Below, piece after piece: positions 1 through 9,290 of a stretch of DNA of 48,370 nt (position 1 is its first letter; each line of letters opens with the position of its first letter). A program made the translations under genes and the position numbers. The stretch is from an uncultured Prevotellaceae bacterium. GTDB lineage: Bacteria; Bacteroidota; Bacteroidia; Bacteroidales; Bacteroidaceae. The DNA lies in the NCBI GenBank assembly GCA_902803475.1, contig CADCPZ010000211.1:1-48370 (forward strand), in the 5' to 3' direction. The notes beneath the pieces are model-generated. The model was given only the letters and a program-made list of their open reading frames with translations, ran no database searches and was not told the DNA's origin.

Positions 1-4
1 CACT

Positions 5-143
5 TAGGTGTGGTGCATACTTGTAAGACTGCCGGGGTTCCCTTCCTACGCTACCTCGAAGCTGAACGCAAAAGGTGCATCACACTTATTGCGTCTTGGC
101 GTGATTGATAGTCAATGCTTGTAACACTAACCACTATCAATCA
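5..143 (+). promoter_or_regulatory. Structured 5' leader upstream of methyltransferase (two stems)
   Basis: 13-bp stem 5-17/76-88 with two G-U pairs (favours + strand RNA). Perfect 11-bp inverted repeat TGATTGATAGT 102-112 / ACTATCAATCA 133-143 ends 4 nt before the ATG at 148. Confidence 0.55.
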
Positions 144-147
144 AAGA

Positions 148-1311
148 ATGGCAAACACTAACTTGGCAAATGCGAAAAACGCAAAGAACGATGAGTTCTA
201 CACGCAATATAATGACATTCAGAAAGAGATAAACGCCTATCTGGAGTATAACCCAGATGTGTTCAGGGGAAAGACTATCTTGTTGCCTTGCGATGATCCT
301 GAATGGAGTAACTTCACAAAGTTCTTTGCGCAGAACTTTGAGGCTTTTGGGTTGAAGAAGCTCATTTCTACAAGCTATGCTGTAGAGTCGAAGAGAATTA
401 AGGACTGGCAGCCCACACTATTTGAGACAGAAAGTCCGTATTATGATGCAGACAAGAGTCGTACACATGGGAAGATTTTTGTTCTTGACGAAGATGTTAA
501 TGGCGATGGACGTTTCAACATCAACGATTTGCAATGGTCGTACCTCGAAGGTGATGGAGATTTCCGAAGCGACGAAGTGAAAGCCTTGCGAGATGAAGCA
601 GACATCATTATTACTAATCCTCCATTCTCGCTGTTTAGGGAATTCTTCACTTGGATAATGGAGGCGGAGAAGAAGTTTGTAATTGTTGGAAATATCAATG
701 CCGTATCATACAAAGAGATTTTCCCATATATAAAAGAAGGAAAAGTCTGGTTGGGCAGTTCATACTTCAATGGTGGAGCAGCTTTTTTTATTGCCAACGC
801 TGCTCATTATGATCCCAACAAAATGTCAAATCAAAAGAATGCCTATTTCCAAAACGGACAATTCTTATGGAGAGTTAATGGTGTAAGATGGTATACAAAC
901 ATTGATCATGGGCGACGACATGAACCACTCCCTTTGATGACAATGGAAGATAACATTATCTATTCCAAGCACAAAGAAGTAAGAGGTAGGCAATATGAAC
1001 ACTACGAGAATTTTGATGCTATAGAGGTGCCATTCTATGATGCCATACCATCTGATTACGAAGGATTGATGGGAGTGCCACGTTCTTTTCTAGACAAGTA
1101 TTGTCCTGAACAATTTGAAATAGTTGGAGTAGATTCAACAGATTTTTCAGAAGAGCTTGGTATTGCTCCTATTGGTGAAGATTGGATAAGGAGATATAAA
1201 CAAGCAGGTGGAACAGGTCACATGACGGCAAATATGCGAAACCTTGTTCTTACAGTAGATGGAATGCCTAAAATCAGTTATGCAAGAATCATAATCCGCA
1301 AAAAACAATAG
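148..1311 (+). CDS. Adenine-specific DNA methyltransferase, EcoRI-methylase family
   Basis: [12 protein letters not shown]-terminus, [20 protein letters not shown] and catalytic [11 protein letters not shown] motif. Start placed at ATG 148 after an A-rich stretch (ORF track starts at 115). Confidence 0.9.
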   Translation: MANTNLANAKNAKNDEFYTQYNDIQKEINAYLEYNPDVFRGKTILLPCDDPEWSNFTKFFAQNFEAFGLKKLISTSYAVESKRIKDWQPTLFETESPYYDADKSRTHGKIFVLDEDVNGDGRFNINDLQWSYLEGDGDFRSDEVKALRDEADIIITNPPFSLFREFFTWIMEAEKKFVIVGNINAVSYKEIFPYIKEGKVWLGSSYFNGGAAFFIANAAHYDPNKMSNQKNAYFQNGQFLWRVNGVRWYTNIDHGRRHEPLPLMTMEDNIIYSKHKEVRGRQYEHYENFDAIEVPFYDAIPSDYEGLMGVPRSFLDKYCPEQFEIVGVDSTDFSEELGIAPIGEDWIRRYKQAGGTGHMTANMRNLVLTVDGMPKISYARIIIRKKQ

Positions 1312-1313
1312 CT

Positions 1314-2489
1314 ATGCAAACAACATTGATGACAGACCTGACGGTCAAGGAAATATGCGAGGGTTTTGTTTACAACCAATTGGAAGGCAAAGGCCTGTTT
1401 GGATGGTCTGGCAAACTGACTATCCAGCCGGAGTATCAGCGCAACTATCTATATGCCGAGAACGACGGCAGGAAGGAAATGGCTGTCATCGATAGTATGC
1501 TGAAGGATTATCCCATCGGACTTATCTATTTCAATGAGCCAACGAAAGGAAAATACGAGATTCTCGATGGTCAGCAGCGTATCACAAGCATCGGTCGCTT
1601 CGTCACTGGAAAGTTTGCCATCAAGGACAAATTCGGTATGGAGCAATACTTTACAGGCTTGACAAAGGAAGAGCAAGAAAAGATTCTCAATTACCGGCTG
1701 TTGATATACATCTGCAATGGAACCGAGAAAGAAATCAAAGAATGGTTTGAGACTATCAATATCGCAGGCGTACCTCTCAATAAGCAAGAACTTCTCAATG
1801 CTACATACAGCGGTCCGTTTGTAACACTGGCGAAAACAACATTCAGCAATTCACGCCATCCTCAACTGCAGAAATGGAGCTGCTATATCAGTGGTAATGC
1901 CAACCGACAGGAGATTCTGCACACAGCTCTTGCATGGGTAGCCAAAGGCGAAGATAATATAGGCGGATACATGAGCCAGCATCGCAACGAAAACAGTATA
2001 GAGGAGTTGAAAACATACTTTGATACCGTGATTGAATGGGCAAAGACGTTGTTCGGTGAGCCGAAGAGTGAGATGCGAGGTTTGGAATGGGGAGCGTTTT
2101 ATGAGCAGTACCATTCTCATTCATATAGCCCAACACAGTTGCAGCAGCGAGTGAATGAATTATATGCAGATGAAGCCGTAACCAACAAGAAAGGAATCTT
2201 TGAGTATGTGCTTGGCGGTGAAATAGAAGCAAAGCTTCTCAACATCCGAATATTTGAGGATAGCGTGAAGAAAACCGTCTATGCCCGTCAAACGAACGAA
2301 GCACGTGAACAAGGCATCAGTAATTGCCCAGAGTGTGCTAAAGGTCACGATAATGTGCGCTCCAAAATTTATAAGTTCAACGAAATGGATGCTGACCACG
2401 TAACAGCATGGAGTAATGGCGGAGCAACAGACATCAGTAACTGCCAAATGCTATGCAAAACGCATAATAGGATGAAAGGAAACAGATAA
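1314..2489 (+). CDS. DUF262 (GmrSD/ParB-like) + HNH endonuclease
   Basis: QPEYQR and [12 protein letters not shown]262 motifs. C-terminal CPEC...[27 protein letters not shown] domain. Starts 2 nt after the MTase stop. Confidence 0.85.
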   Translation: MQTTLMTDLTVKEICEGFVYNQLEGKGLFGWSGKLTIQPEYQRNYLYAENDGRKEMAVIDSMLKDYPIGLIYFNEPTKGKYEILDGQQRITSIGRFVTGKFAIKDKFGMEQYFTGLTKEEQEKILNYRLLIYICNGTEKEIKEWFETINIAGVPLNKQELLNATYSGPFVTLAKTTFSNSRHPQLQKWSCYISGNANRQEILHTALAWVAKGEDNIGGYMSQHRNENSIEELKTYFDTVIEWAKTLFGEPKSEMRGLEWGAFYEQYHSHSYSPTQLQQRVNELYADEAVTNKKGIFEYVLGGEIEAKLLNIRIFEDSVKKTVYARQTNEAREQGISNCPECAKGHDNVRSKIYKFNEMDADHVTAWSNGGATDISNCQMLCKTHNRMKGNR

Positions 2490-2512
2490 TTAACAACTTA
2501 AACAACATCAAT

Positions 2513-3718
2513 ATGAGAGAACTACTTATTATATTGTCTTTTATCTCGCTGAATGTGAGAGCACAAGATGTTATTGTAAAAAAAGATGGGAGCACAATCC
2601 TTTCGAAGGTACTTGAAGTCAATGTGGCAGATATCAAGTACAAGAAGTTTTCAAAACCAAACGGACCGACATATTCGATTAGTAAGTCGGATATATTGTC
2701 TGTCAATTACGAGAATGGAGAAAAAGATTCATTCAACACTGCAGATATACCAGCAAAAGAAGAAACAAATGCTGTTGCAAATAATGGTGAACCAGTATTG
2801 GTAAATAAAGATCCAGATGTTAGAAATAAGGAAATAATAGAACTATATAATCATGATGTAACACCAACCAATAAAATATCCAAAAGCAATGATGAAGCAA
2901 AAGCATGCTACACCATTTGGAATATAGCCCCAACATCAATTATGTCGAATGAGGATGTTGAAATTAATCTTACTAGAAGTGTTGAAGGTATTCATCATTT
3001 TGATGCAGTTTTAATATCAGGACATCATGGCCAATCATTCTATCCAATGTTTGTATATCATATTAATATTAAAAATAAAACAGAAAAAGTTATTTATATA
3101 GATAAAGGCAATTGCTTTAGAATTATTGATGATGGTAGTACATTCTGTTATTATGATCCATCAGAACAGACCACAGTTAGTCATGGAAGTGGCTCTGGGA
3201 TATCTATAGGATTAGGAAGCATCGCCGGAGTACTAGGTATTGGAGGAGGACTTGGACAATTGGCTGATGGAATAGTTATGGGTGGAGGTAGCAGCAATTC
3301 AGTGTCAACAACGTATTCACAACAAAGAATAATTGCCATTCCTCCACATGGCAATCGCAACTTGACCACTTTTAAAAAAGTGGATCAATATCCTTGGAAG
3401 ATTGTTGAACATGCAGAATATTTTGCGACTAAAACCTCTAGAAATGTTCCCAAACGAGGAGTTGTGAAAAGAGGGGAAGTGCTGACTTTTAACACAAACA
3501 ACTCTCCATGGAGAAAAAAGTATATTATTACTTATTCGACATTAAGTAATTTCAAAACATATTCAACGGTTCAATTTGAATTATTCCTACATGAAATGAT
3601 TGGCACAAAATATCTTATGGATGATAAATTCATTAGAAGTCATTATAACAAATTGGAAAAATATATAAATGGCATTAATGAAAGAACAATAATAGATTGG
3701 GATTTCATAGAAAAATAA
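2513..3718 (+). CDS. Secreted hypothetical protein, AT-rich
   Basis: 401-aa ORF with signal peptide ending in AQD. N-terminal QDVIVKKDGSTI..KVLEV..IKYKK module is common in Bacteroidetes proteins. Internal Gly-rich hydrophobic stretch. Confidence 0.75.
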   Translation: MRELLIILSFISLNVRAQDVIVKKDGSTILSKVLEVNVADIKYKKFSKPNGPTYSISKSDILSVNYENGEKDSFNTADIPAKEETNAVANNGEPVLVNKDPDVRNKEIIELYNHDVTPTNKISKSNDEAKACYTIWNIAPTSIMSNEDVEINLTRSVEGIHHFDAVLISGHHGQSFYPMFVYHINIKNKTEKVIYIDKGNCFRIIDDGSTFCYYDPSEQTTVSHGSGSGISIGLGSIAGVLGIGGGLGQLADGIVMGGGSSNSVSTTYSQQRIIAIPPHGNRNLTTFKKVDQYPWKIVEHAEYFATKTSRNVPKRGVVKRGEVLTFNTNNSPWRKKYIITYSTLSNFKTYSTVQFELFLHEMIGTKYLMDDKFIRSHYNKLEKYINGINERTIIDWDFIEK

Positions 3719-3751
3719 TCAGATGTGATAAGTGACATGAAGTTGTTATAC

Positions 3752-3794
3752 ATCAGCAGGCTATTCCACGTAGGATGGCCTGCTGTTTCTGTTT
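3752..3794 (+). terminator. Intrinsic terminator, copy 1 of a direct repeat
   Basis: CAGCAGGCTA..TGGCCTGCTG stem followed by TTTCTGTTT; 40/43 identical to 4170-4212. Confidence 0.75.
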
Positions 3795-3851
3795 CCTAAG
3801 AAAAATAAGAGAATTTTTTTCCGTTTCAGAAAAACTTGTGATATTTAGCTA

Positions 3852-3936
3852 CGCTGAATATACTTTCACTCGACAATAAAAATAAAAATCGCTTTTTTAT
3901 TTTGTAATGTCCTCGCTTATCCGTATATTTGCAGCG
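3852..3936. repeat. Long imperfect palindrome overlapping a promoter
   Basis: CGCTG-AATATAC (3852-3863) pairs with GTATATT..CAGCG (3923-3936). Inner A-rich/T-rich stem at 3872-3911. Confidence 0.55.
3901..3931 (+). promoter_or_regulatory. Bacteroidetes sigma-A promoter
   Basis: TTTG 3901-3904, 19-nt spacer, TATATTTG 3924-3931. Confidence 0.7.
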
Positions 3937-3959
3937 AGAAAAGGTTAGATGATAAGCAT

Positions 3960-4112
3960 ATGGAAGCAAAAGAAACAACAAGACAGAACCCCATTCGCCG
4001 CTTGCTCGAATACAAGCGTGCGATGAGAGAGTGCATCCAAAAAGGTGCTGACCATGAGGAGATGAAACGAATAACTAAAGATTATGGCTTCACCCTCGCT
4101 ACCCCCGTATGA
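3960..4112 (+). CDS. 50-aa small protein MEAKETTRQNPIRRLLEYKRAMRECIQKGADHEEMKRITKDYGFTLATPV
   Basis: Translated by hand (below the ORF-track cutoff). Lies ~28 nt downstream of a consensus promoter and upstream of a terminator. Confidence 0.6.
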   Translation: MEAKETTRQNPIRRLLEYKRAMRECIQKGADHEEMKRITKDYGFTLATPV

Positions 4113-4191
4113 TTACGAGGAAGTTCTTGCACTGAACTATGAGTTTATCAGTAGGGATGAATATGTTATATCAGCAGGCTGCTCCACGTAG
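4084..4191 (+). pseudogene. Probable truncated 5' stub of a second, overlapping gene (MASPSLPPYDYEEVLALNYEFISRD...)
   Basis: Overlaps the end of the 50-aa ORF and runs into the repeat at ~4157, stopping inside the terminator. Resembles N-termini of DUF6169-type proteins (recollection, unverified). Confidence 0.4.
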
Positions 4192-4212
4192 GATAGCCTG
4201 CTGTTTCTGTTT
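4170..4212 (+). terminator. Intrinsic terminator, copy 2 of a direct repeat
   Basis: CAGCAGGCTG..TAGCCTGCTG stem followed by TTTCTGTTT. Confidence 0.75.
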
Positions 4213-4263
4213 TCGATGCCACTGGGACAGGTTAGCATATGTGATGAAAGAATGGCAATAAGG

Positions 4264-4881
4264 CTACTCGCTTACAAAAGGTGGTAATAGCGGTTTCAGT
4301 TCTTTTTCGAAGATGGAATGTTCGACGATTCTGTAGTGCGGATGATAGGCTGCACGGTATTCAGGCGAATGGCTGATGGCGTATCTGCCAGCTGAAAGGA
4401 TGTTGTCGATAAACAGACGGTCTTCTTCCATGTGAGGTAAATTCAGGTGCATGCGATCGATCACTTCCATGATGCTTTGCCATGTTTCACGCCAAGATTC
4501 AACGGAAGGGCGCGGAGAGGTGTTGGCACTGCGGATAAAAGCATCGAGCAGCTGCTCCTGGGAAATGTACTGTTCGGTAATGCAACGAAGACTCACACGA
4601 ACGTATCGTCCGTTGATGCCGCAGGGTTCTGCATACCAGGTCATCATGGAGTCGAGTTCCTGTCGGTTGTTGAGTTCTGTCTCAAGATAGGCTTTTACAC
4701 GCTCACGATTGGTTACAAGATGCTCAGCACCCATATAGTCCTGGAAACAGGATTTATAAATGTCGAGCAGCCGCGACTCTGGATAGGTCAGCAACTGATT
4801 GGACACAAACGCTTCAACACTTTGTGAGGATGCCAACTGGGTGGTTAGCAACAGGATTGTCATCATCAGGAGTTTTTTCAT
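4264..4881 (-). CDS. Secreted hypothetical protein
   Basis: MKKLLMMTILLL signal peptide; DIYKSCFQDYMGAEHL and HSPEYRAAYHPHYRIV segments. Lies directly downstream of the TonB receptor. Confidence 0.75.
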   Translation of the reverse strand: MKKLLMMTILLLTTQLASSQSVEAFVSNQLLTYPESRLLDIYKSCFQDYMGAEHLVTNRERVKAYLETELNNRQELDSMMTWYAEPCGINGRYVRVSLRCITEQYISQEQLLDAFIRSANTSPRPSVESWRETWQSIMEVIDRMHLNLPHMEEDRLFIDNILSAGRYAISHSPEYRAAYHPHYRIVEHSIFEKELKPLLPPFVSE

Positions 4882-4908
4882 AAGGTCAAAGGACAAAGGC
4901 GGAGGTGG

Positions 4909-7299
4909 TTAGAACTCAAAGAGTACGCGGGCATTGATCTGACGACCGGTAAGATAGTTTGGAACGGCGTACTGCTGATTGGTGACGTCGGTAATCCAAT
5001 AATAGGAGTTCACGTTGTTGATGCCGAAGAGGTTCAGACAGTCAACACCAAGCCAGATATTCTTGAAAGGTGTATTCTTTTCACGTTCCTCATTATTCAG
5101 CAGACGATAGCTCATACCGATATCGACACGCTTATAGGCTGGCGCACGGAAATTGCTGTTCTCCAAAGCCTTGTGTGGAGCAGCGAATGGGAGTCCGTCG
5201 GCAAAGGCGAGTTTCAGGCTCATGCGCCATCGTGTGGACCCTGGGAAATAGTCGGTGAAGAAGAGGTTGACAGCATAGCGCTGGTCTGTAGGCAGCGGGA
5301 TGCTTTTGCCGTGCAGTTTCATACGGGTGTTCATCAAACTGAAGGTCAGCCAGGAATCGGCACCAGGTACAAATTCTCCGTACAACTTCAAGTCCAGTCC
5401 TGCTGCATGACCGGAAGCCTCGTTGGTACCATAATAGATAATCTTCATGTTGTTGACGGAGTAGGGGATGAGGTTTGACAGCAACTTGAAATAGGCTTCA
5501 GCGGTAAACTTGAAATTGCGGTTCAACATCTTGAAACGGTAGTCCATCGACGCAATGAAGTGGATGGAGCGCTCACTCTTGATCTTCGGATTCAGTGTGG
5601 CATAAGTAATGCCATTGACGGTTGTCGTGTCGCGAAGTTCCTTATAGAATGGTGCCTGATAGTAAAGACCGGTGGCAAAACGATAAGTGATGTTCTGGTT
5701 TCTGCCTGGTACGATGCTGATGGATGCTCGTGGCGAAACGATGCTCTCACCGTTAAAGTTCCAATGGGCGAAACGCACACCATAGTTCAGTGTGAAGCGT
5801 GTCGGCATCGTATCGTTGCCGTTTGTGAAATGCCACGTATCTTGCAGATATGCTTCTATACGCTTGGCCTTCAACTCATTGCGGGCTGTCAGCGAGTAGA
5901 TCATATACAGGTCTTTGCCTGTATGCGGCACACTATAGCCTGCAGAGTCGCGGTATTCATATTCGCGTGAGTTTTCCTTGATGTGTTCAATCTTATAAGT
6001 GAAGGCTCCTTCCAAATTGTGTTTGCCTGCACGATGCTTACCCATCAGCTTGAAGCTCCCCACGTTAGCTTTAAGGTAGTTGCGTGCGTGTTCCATATAA
6101 GTTCCCACACTGAGATTCTCGTTGATTTCCGTCTGTGTGAGCCAGTACTGTCCCTGAATATCAAACTTCTCCTGTTCCTTTGTAGAGAACGCTGATGCGA
6201 TCAGTGAAACCTGTGTGTTCTTACTGAGGTTTCGGGTGATACTCAGCGAACCGAAATAGGTTCTGAACAGGTCTTTTTCTTTTCCGTCGAAATAAACGCG
6301 GAACGACTTCACGTTCTCCATCGTACCAAATGAGGTCTCACGATCTTTGGGCGTGAAGTTGTAGTGATTGTCAGAAATATTTCCTATGAAGTCAATCTGC
6401 CACTTTTTGTTAGGCTGATAACTGAAATAGGTTTGGTAATCGAGAAAGTTCGGATTGTATTCACCCTTCGTATCCATTGAGCCGAGCAGATAACGGTTGG
6501 TCTTGTAGCGAATGCTGTTCAACCAGGAGATGTGCTTGGTGCCGAAGCCGATATAACCGCTTGCACCTAAAAGGCTTGCTGCAACGGACGCTTCGAACTT
6601 CTTGGGCTTTAGGCGTTTGTAATGAATATCGAGCGCACTTGACATCTTGTCGCCATATTTTGCTTCAAAACCACCCGTTGAGAATCCGATGCTTTCTACC
6701 ATATCCGGATTGATGACGGAAAGACCTTCCTGCTGACCACTTCGTACAAGGAACGGACGGAAGACTTCCACGTCGTTGATGTAAACAGAGTTCTCGTCAA
6801 AGGTACCTCCACGAACATTATATTGTGAAGATAATTCATTATGTGTCGATACACCCGCTTGTGTCTGGATCACCTCTTCTACAGCATTGCCCGATACCGA
6901 AGGCATCTGTTTGGTATCTTTGACATCAATTTCGCGAGTGGTTCCATGTTGCTGTGATTTTCCTTCGACAACCACTTCGTCAATGGTGTTGTCGTCAAAG
7001 AGTTGTACTTGCAGGGTTTGTTTACCTCTCGGATTCCTCAATACACGTGTTTTCGCCTTGTAGCCCACCATTGAAAAGCGGATGACAACAGAATCGGCTG
7101 AGTGCAGCGTCATCGAAAATTCGCCCTTGAGGTTGGTCATTGCGAGTTTACCCTGTTCGGTAACATAGACAGAAGCCAGTTCAATGGGGTTGTTGTCTTT
7201 GTCGCTGACGCGTCCGTGCAAGGTAAACGTCTGTGCATGGAGATGAAGCCCGCAACCCATTGCGAGCATTATGATGAGAAAGATTGTTTTTATTTTCAT
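4909..7299 (-). CDS. TonB-dependent outer-membrane receptor
   Basis: Signal peptide, carboxypeptidase-regulatory-like N-domain, plug motifs (YNVRGG..DEN.VYIND; GGFEAKYGDKMSSALDI), NLFGINN and C-terminal Phe. Confidence 0.9.
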   Translation of the reverse strand: MKIKTIFLIIMLAMGCGLHLHAQTFTLHGRVSDKDNNPIELASVYVTEQGKLAMTNLKGEFSMTLHSADSVVIRFSMVGYKAKTRVLRNPRGKQTLQVQLFDDNTIDEVVVEGKSQQHGTTREIDVKDTKQMPSVSGNAVEEVIQTQAGVSTHNELSSQYNVRGGTFDENSVYINDVEVFRPFLVRSGQQEGLSVINPDMVESIGFSTGGFEAKYGDKMSSALDIHYKRLKPKKFEASVAASLLGASGYIGFGTKHISWLNSIRYKTNRYLLGSMDTKGEYNPNFLDYQTYFSYQPNKKWQIDFIGNISDNHYNFTPKDRETSFGTMENVKSFRVYFDGKEKDLFRTYFGSLSITRNLSKNTQVSLIASAFSTKEQEKFDIQGQYWLTQTEINENLSVGTYMEHARNYLKANVGSFKLMGKHRAGKHNLEGAFTYKIEHIKENSREYEYRDSAGYSVPHTGKDLYMIYSLTARNELKAKRIEAYLQDTWHFTNGNDTMPTRFTLNYGVRFAHWNFNGESIVSPRASISIVPGRNQNITYRFATGLYYQAPFYKELRDTTTVNGITYATLNPKIKSERSIHFIASMDYRFKMLNRNFKFTAEAYFKLLSNLIPYSVNNMKIIYYGTNEASGHAAGLDLKLYGEFVPGADSWLTFSLMNTRMKLHGKSIPLPTDQRYAVNLFFTDYFPGSTRWRMSLKLAFADGLPFAAPHKALENSNFRAPAYKRVDIGMSYRLLNNEEREKNTPFKNIWLGVDCLNLFGINNVNSYYWITDVTNQQYAVPNYLTGRQINARVLFEF

Positions 7300-7379
7300 A
7301 CAGAATAATAACGCATATCTGGCGTGGATATTGCATTTGCACCTACACCTTTTTAATAATAAGCACTCAAAAGGAGCAG

Positions 7380-8360
7380 TTATTCACCGTAGAACCAGGC
7401 GAAAAGACGGTTCATCCAGTTGAAGGAAAAACGGAACCACCGGTATGTTCCTACGGGGATGCCACCAAACGACAGGATGAACTCGCGCAGCCGATTGCGT
7501 TTGTAGGGAAGTCCTACATTCATGAACTGTGTATGTTCCTGATGGTTTTCATGCGCTTTGACCAACGTGTACCAAAGGGTCGGGTAGGCAGGGTGCAAGA
7601 GTGGGTGACTTTTCTTTTTGGCAAATTGGAACCAGAGGTAAGCATTGCCCTCAGAATACACACAAACGCTACCGCCGACGATCTTGTTCTTGTAGATGGT
7701 GACGGAAATGTGGCAGTCGTCTCTTTCGCCTAAGGCAAGGAAAAACTGCAGACTTGGGATATGCCGCTGATACCTGAACCGATAGTATTTACGCAAGAGC
7801 TTGTAAAAAGTCTCTATTTCCTTCCGACTCTCCACCTCGCGTGTCTCGATGCCCATTTGGTAAGCATGTTCTACACGGTCGTTAGCCCGTTCCGTGATAC
7901 GTTCCTGCGGTGATTTGCTGTGGTGCGAGTTGTGAATCTGTTGCCAGGGAACGGGGAAATAGTCGTATTTGCGAAACCATTTGTAACCAAACATCTTATG
8001 GCTGATATCGCTGAACTCGATATACAGGCATCGCCAACTCAGCAAATAACGGGTGATCGCTTGCAGCATCATGGAAAAGAGGACCTCCTTTTCCGCCTCG
8101 TTCTCGTATTCTCCTTCACCATAGGATCGGCCCTGTGTGAAGATATAGGGCGGAATGAGAGCACCTCTGCGTCTCAGGATGGTCAGCATGTGAGCATGAA
8201 CATGGCCCTCGTCGTCCTGTGCAACAACCATATAGGGTTTCATGCCGGGTGTATGTTCAAGCATGACAAACAGTTCGATGCTATGAAAGAAATTCTTGCA
8301 TGACATCGAAGGCATTTCATTGCTGTGTGTGATAATACTGATATGGTACTCTTTCGCCAT
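7380..8360 (-). CDS. GNAT/FemAB-like acyltransferase-fold protein
   Basis: 326-aa ORF with FemAB-like layout (YIEF.D, REFILSFGG). A TATTTTTG -7 box lies at 8368-8375 on the minus strand. Confidence 0.7.
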   Translation of the reverse strand: MAKEYHISIITHSNEMPSMSCKNFFHSIELFVMLEHTPGMKPYMVVAQDDEGHVHAHMLTILRRRGALIPPYIFTQGRSYGEGEYENEAEKEVLFSMMLQAITRYLLSWRCLYIEFSDISHKMFGYKWFRKYDYFPVPWQQIHNSHHSKSPQERITERANDRVEHAYQMGIETREVESRKEIETFYKLLRKYYRFRYQRHIPSLQFFLALGERDDCHISVTIYKNKIVGGSVCVYSEGNAYLWFQFAKKKSHPLLHPAYPTLWYTLVKAHENHQEHTQFMNVGLPYKRNRLREFILSFGGIPVGTYRWFRFSFNWMNRLFAWFYGE

Positions 8361-8467
8361 TTCGTGGCAAAAATAGTAAATGTTTTTTAAAAAAACAATG
8401 TTCCCGTCAGAAATTCGCAGAAATTATGTATTTTTGCATAAGAAAAGGTGAAATCTATTTGTTTTCT

Positions 8468-9247
8468 ATGAGAATAGTATTAATAGGTGCTGGTAATCTT
8501 GCCACTCATTTGGGAAAGGCACTCTGTGATGCGCATCATGACGTGTTGCAGGTTTACAGTCGTACCATCAGTCATGCACAGACCTTAGCTGACACGTTGC
8601 ATGCACAATATACAGATTCTTCTGCCCAACTGCTGACGGATGCGGAATGTTATGTGTTTGCTGTGAAAGACCAGGTCTTGCCATCAATCATTAAAGAGGT
8701 CTGGGGGATGCATGTTAACCCCTCTGCACTTTTCGTTCATACAGCCGGTTCCATTCCGCTCAATGTCTTCCCGGAAGAAATAAACTCCTATGGTGTGCTT
8801 TATCCCATGCAGACATTCTCCAAACAGCGTGAGGTTGACTTTACGCACATACCTGTTTTCGTAGAAGGAAACAACGATGAAACCTTGAAAAGATTGGAAG
8901 TGTTGGCCAAAAGTATTTCACAAAGCGTATATCGATTGTCATCTGCCGACCGGCGCTATCTGCATCTGAGTGCTGTTTGGGCTTGTAATTTTGCCAATCA
9001 TTGTTACGATATAGCTTCGAGAATACTTGACCACATTGGTGTACCGTTTGACGTGATGCTTCCGTTGATTGACGAGACAGCTCGCAAGGTGCATGAACTT
9101 TCTCCAAAAGATGCGCAGACAGGCCCGGCTGTGCGATATGACGAACATGTGATGAATGCTCAGTTGGAGCTGATGAAAGGACAACCGATATTACAGGACA
9201 TCTATCGCCAGTTGTCACAATCGATTCATGAAAGAGCAGAAGAATAA
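8468..9247 (+). CDS. Rossmann-like + DUF2520 oxidoreductase (PanG-like candidate)
   Basis: IGAGNLA dinucleotide-binding motif, HTAGS, YPMQTFS, QTGPAVR; adjacent to kdsC. Confidence 0.85.
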   Translation: MRIVLIGAGNLATHLGKALCDAHHDVLQVYSRTISHAQTLADTLHAQYTDSSAQLLTDAECYVFAVKDQVLPSIIKEVWGMHVNPSALFVHTAGSIPLNVFPEEINSYGVLYPMQTFSKQREVDFTHIPVFVEGNNDETLKRLEVLAKSISQSVYRLSSADRRYLHLSAVWACNFANHCYDIASRILDHIGVPFDVMLPLIDETARKVHELSPKDAQTGPAVRYDEHVMNAQLELMKGQPILQDIYRQLSQSIHERAEE

Positions 9248-9290
9248 ATAGAAATGAACGAAACAGCTATAGCAACGAAACAGAAAGACT

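Noticed and set aside
115-147. Upstream ATG for the methyltransferase, and similarly extended starts at 8426, 10576, 13744, 18968, 38225, 41718 and 47117
   Set aside because: The extensions overlap promoter boxes, hairpins or neighbouring genes; downstream ATGs fit family N-termini better.
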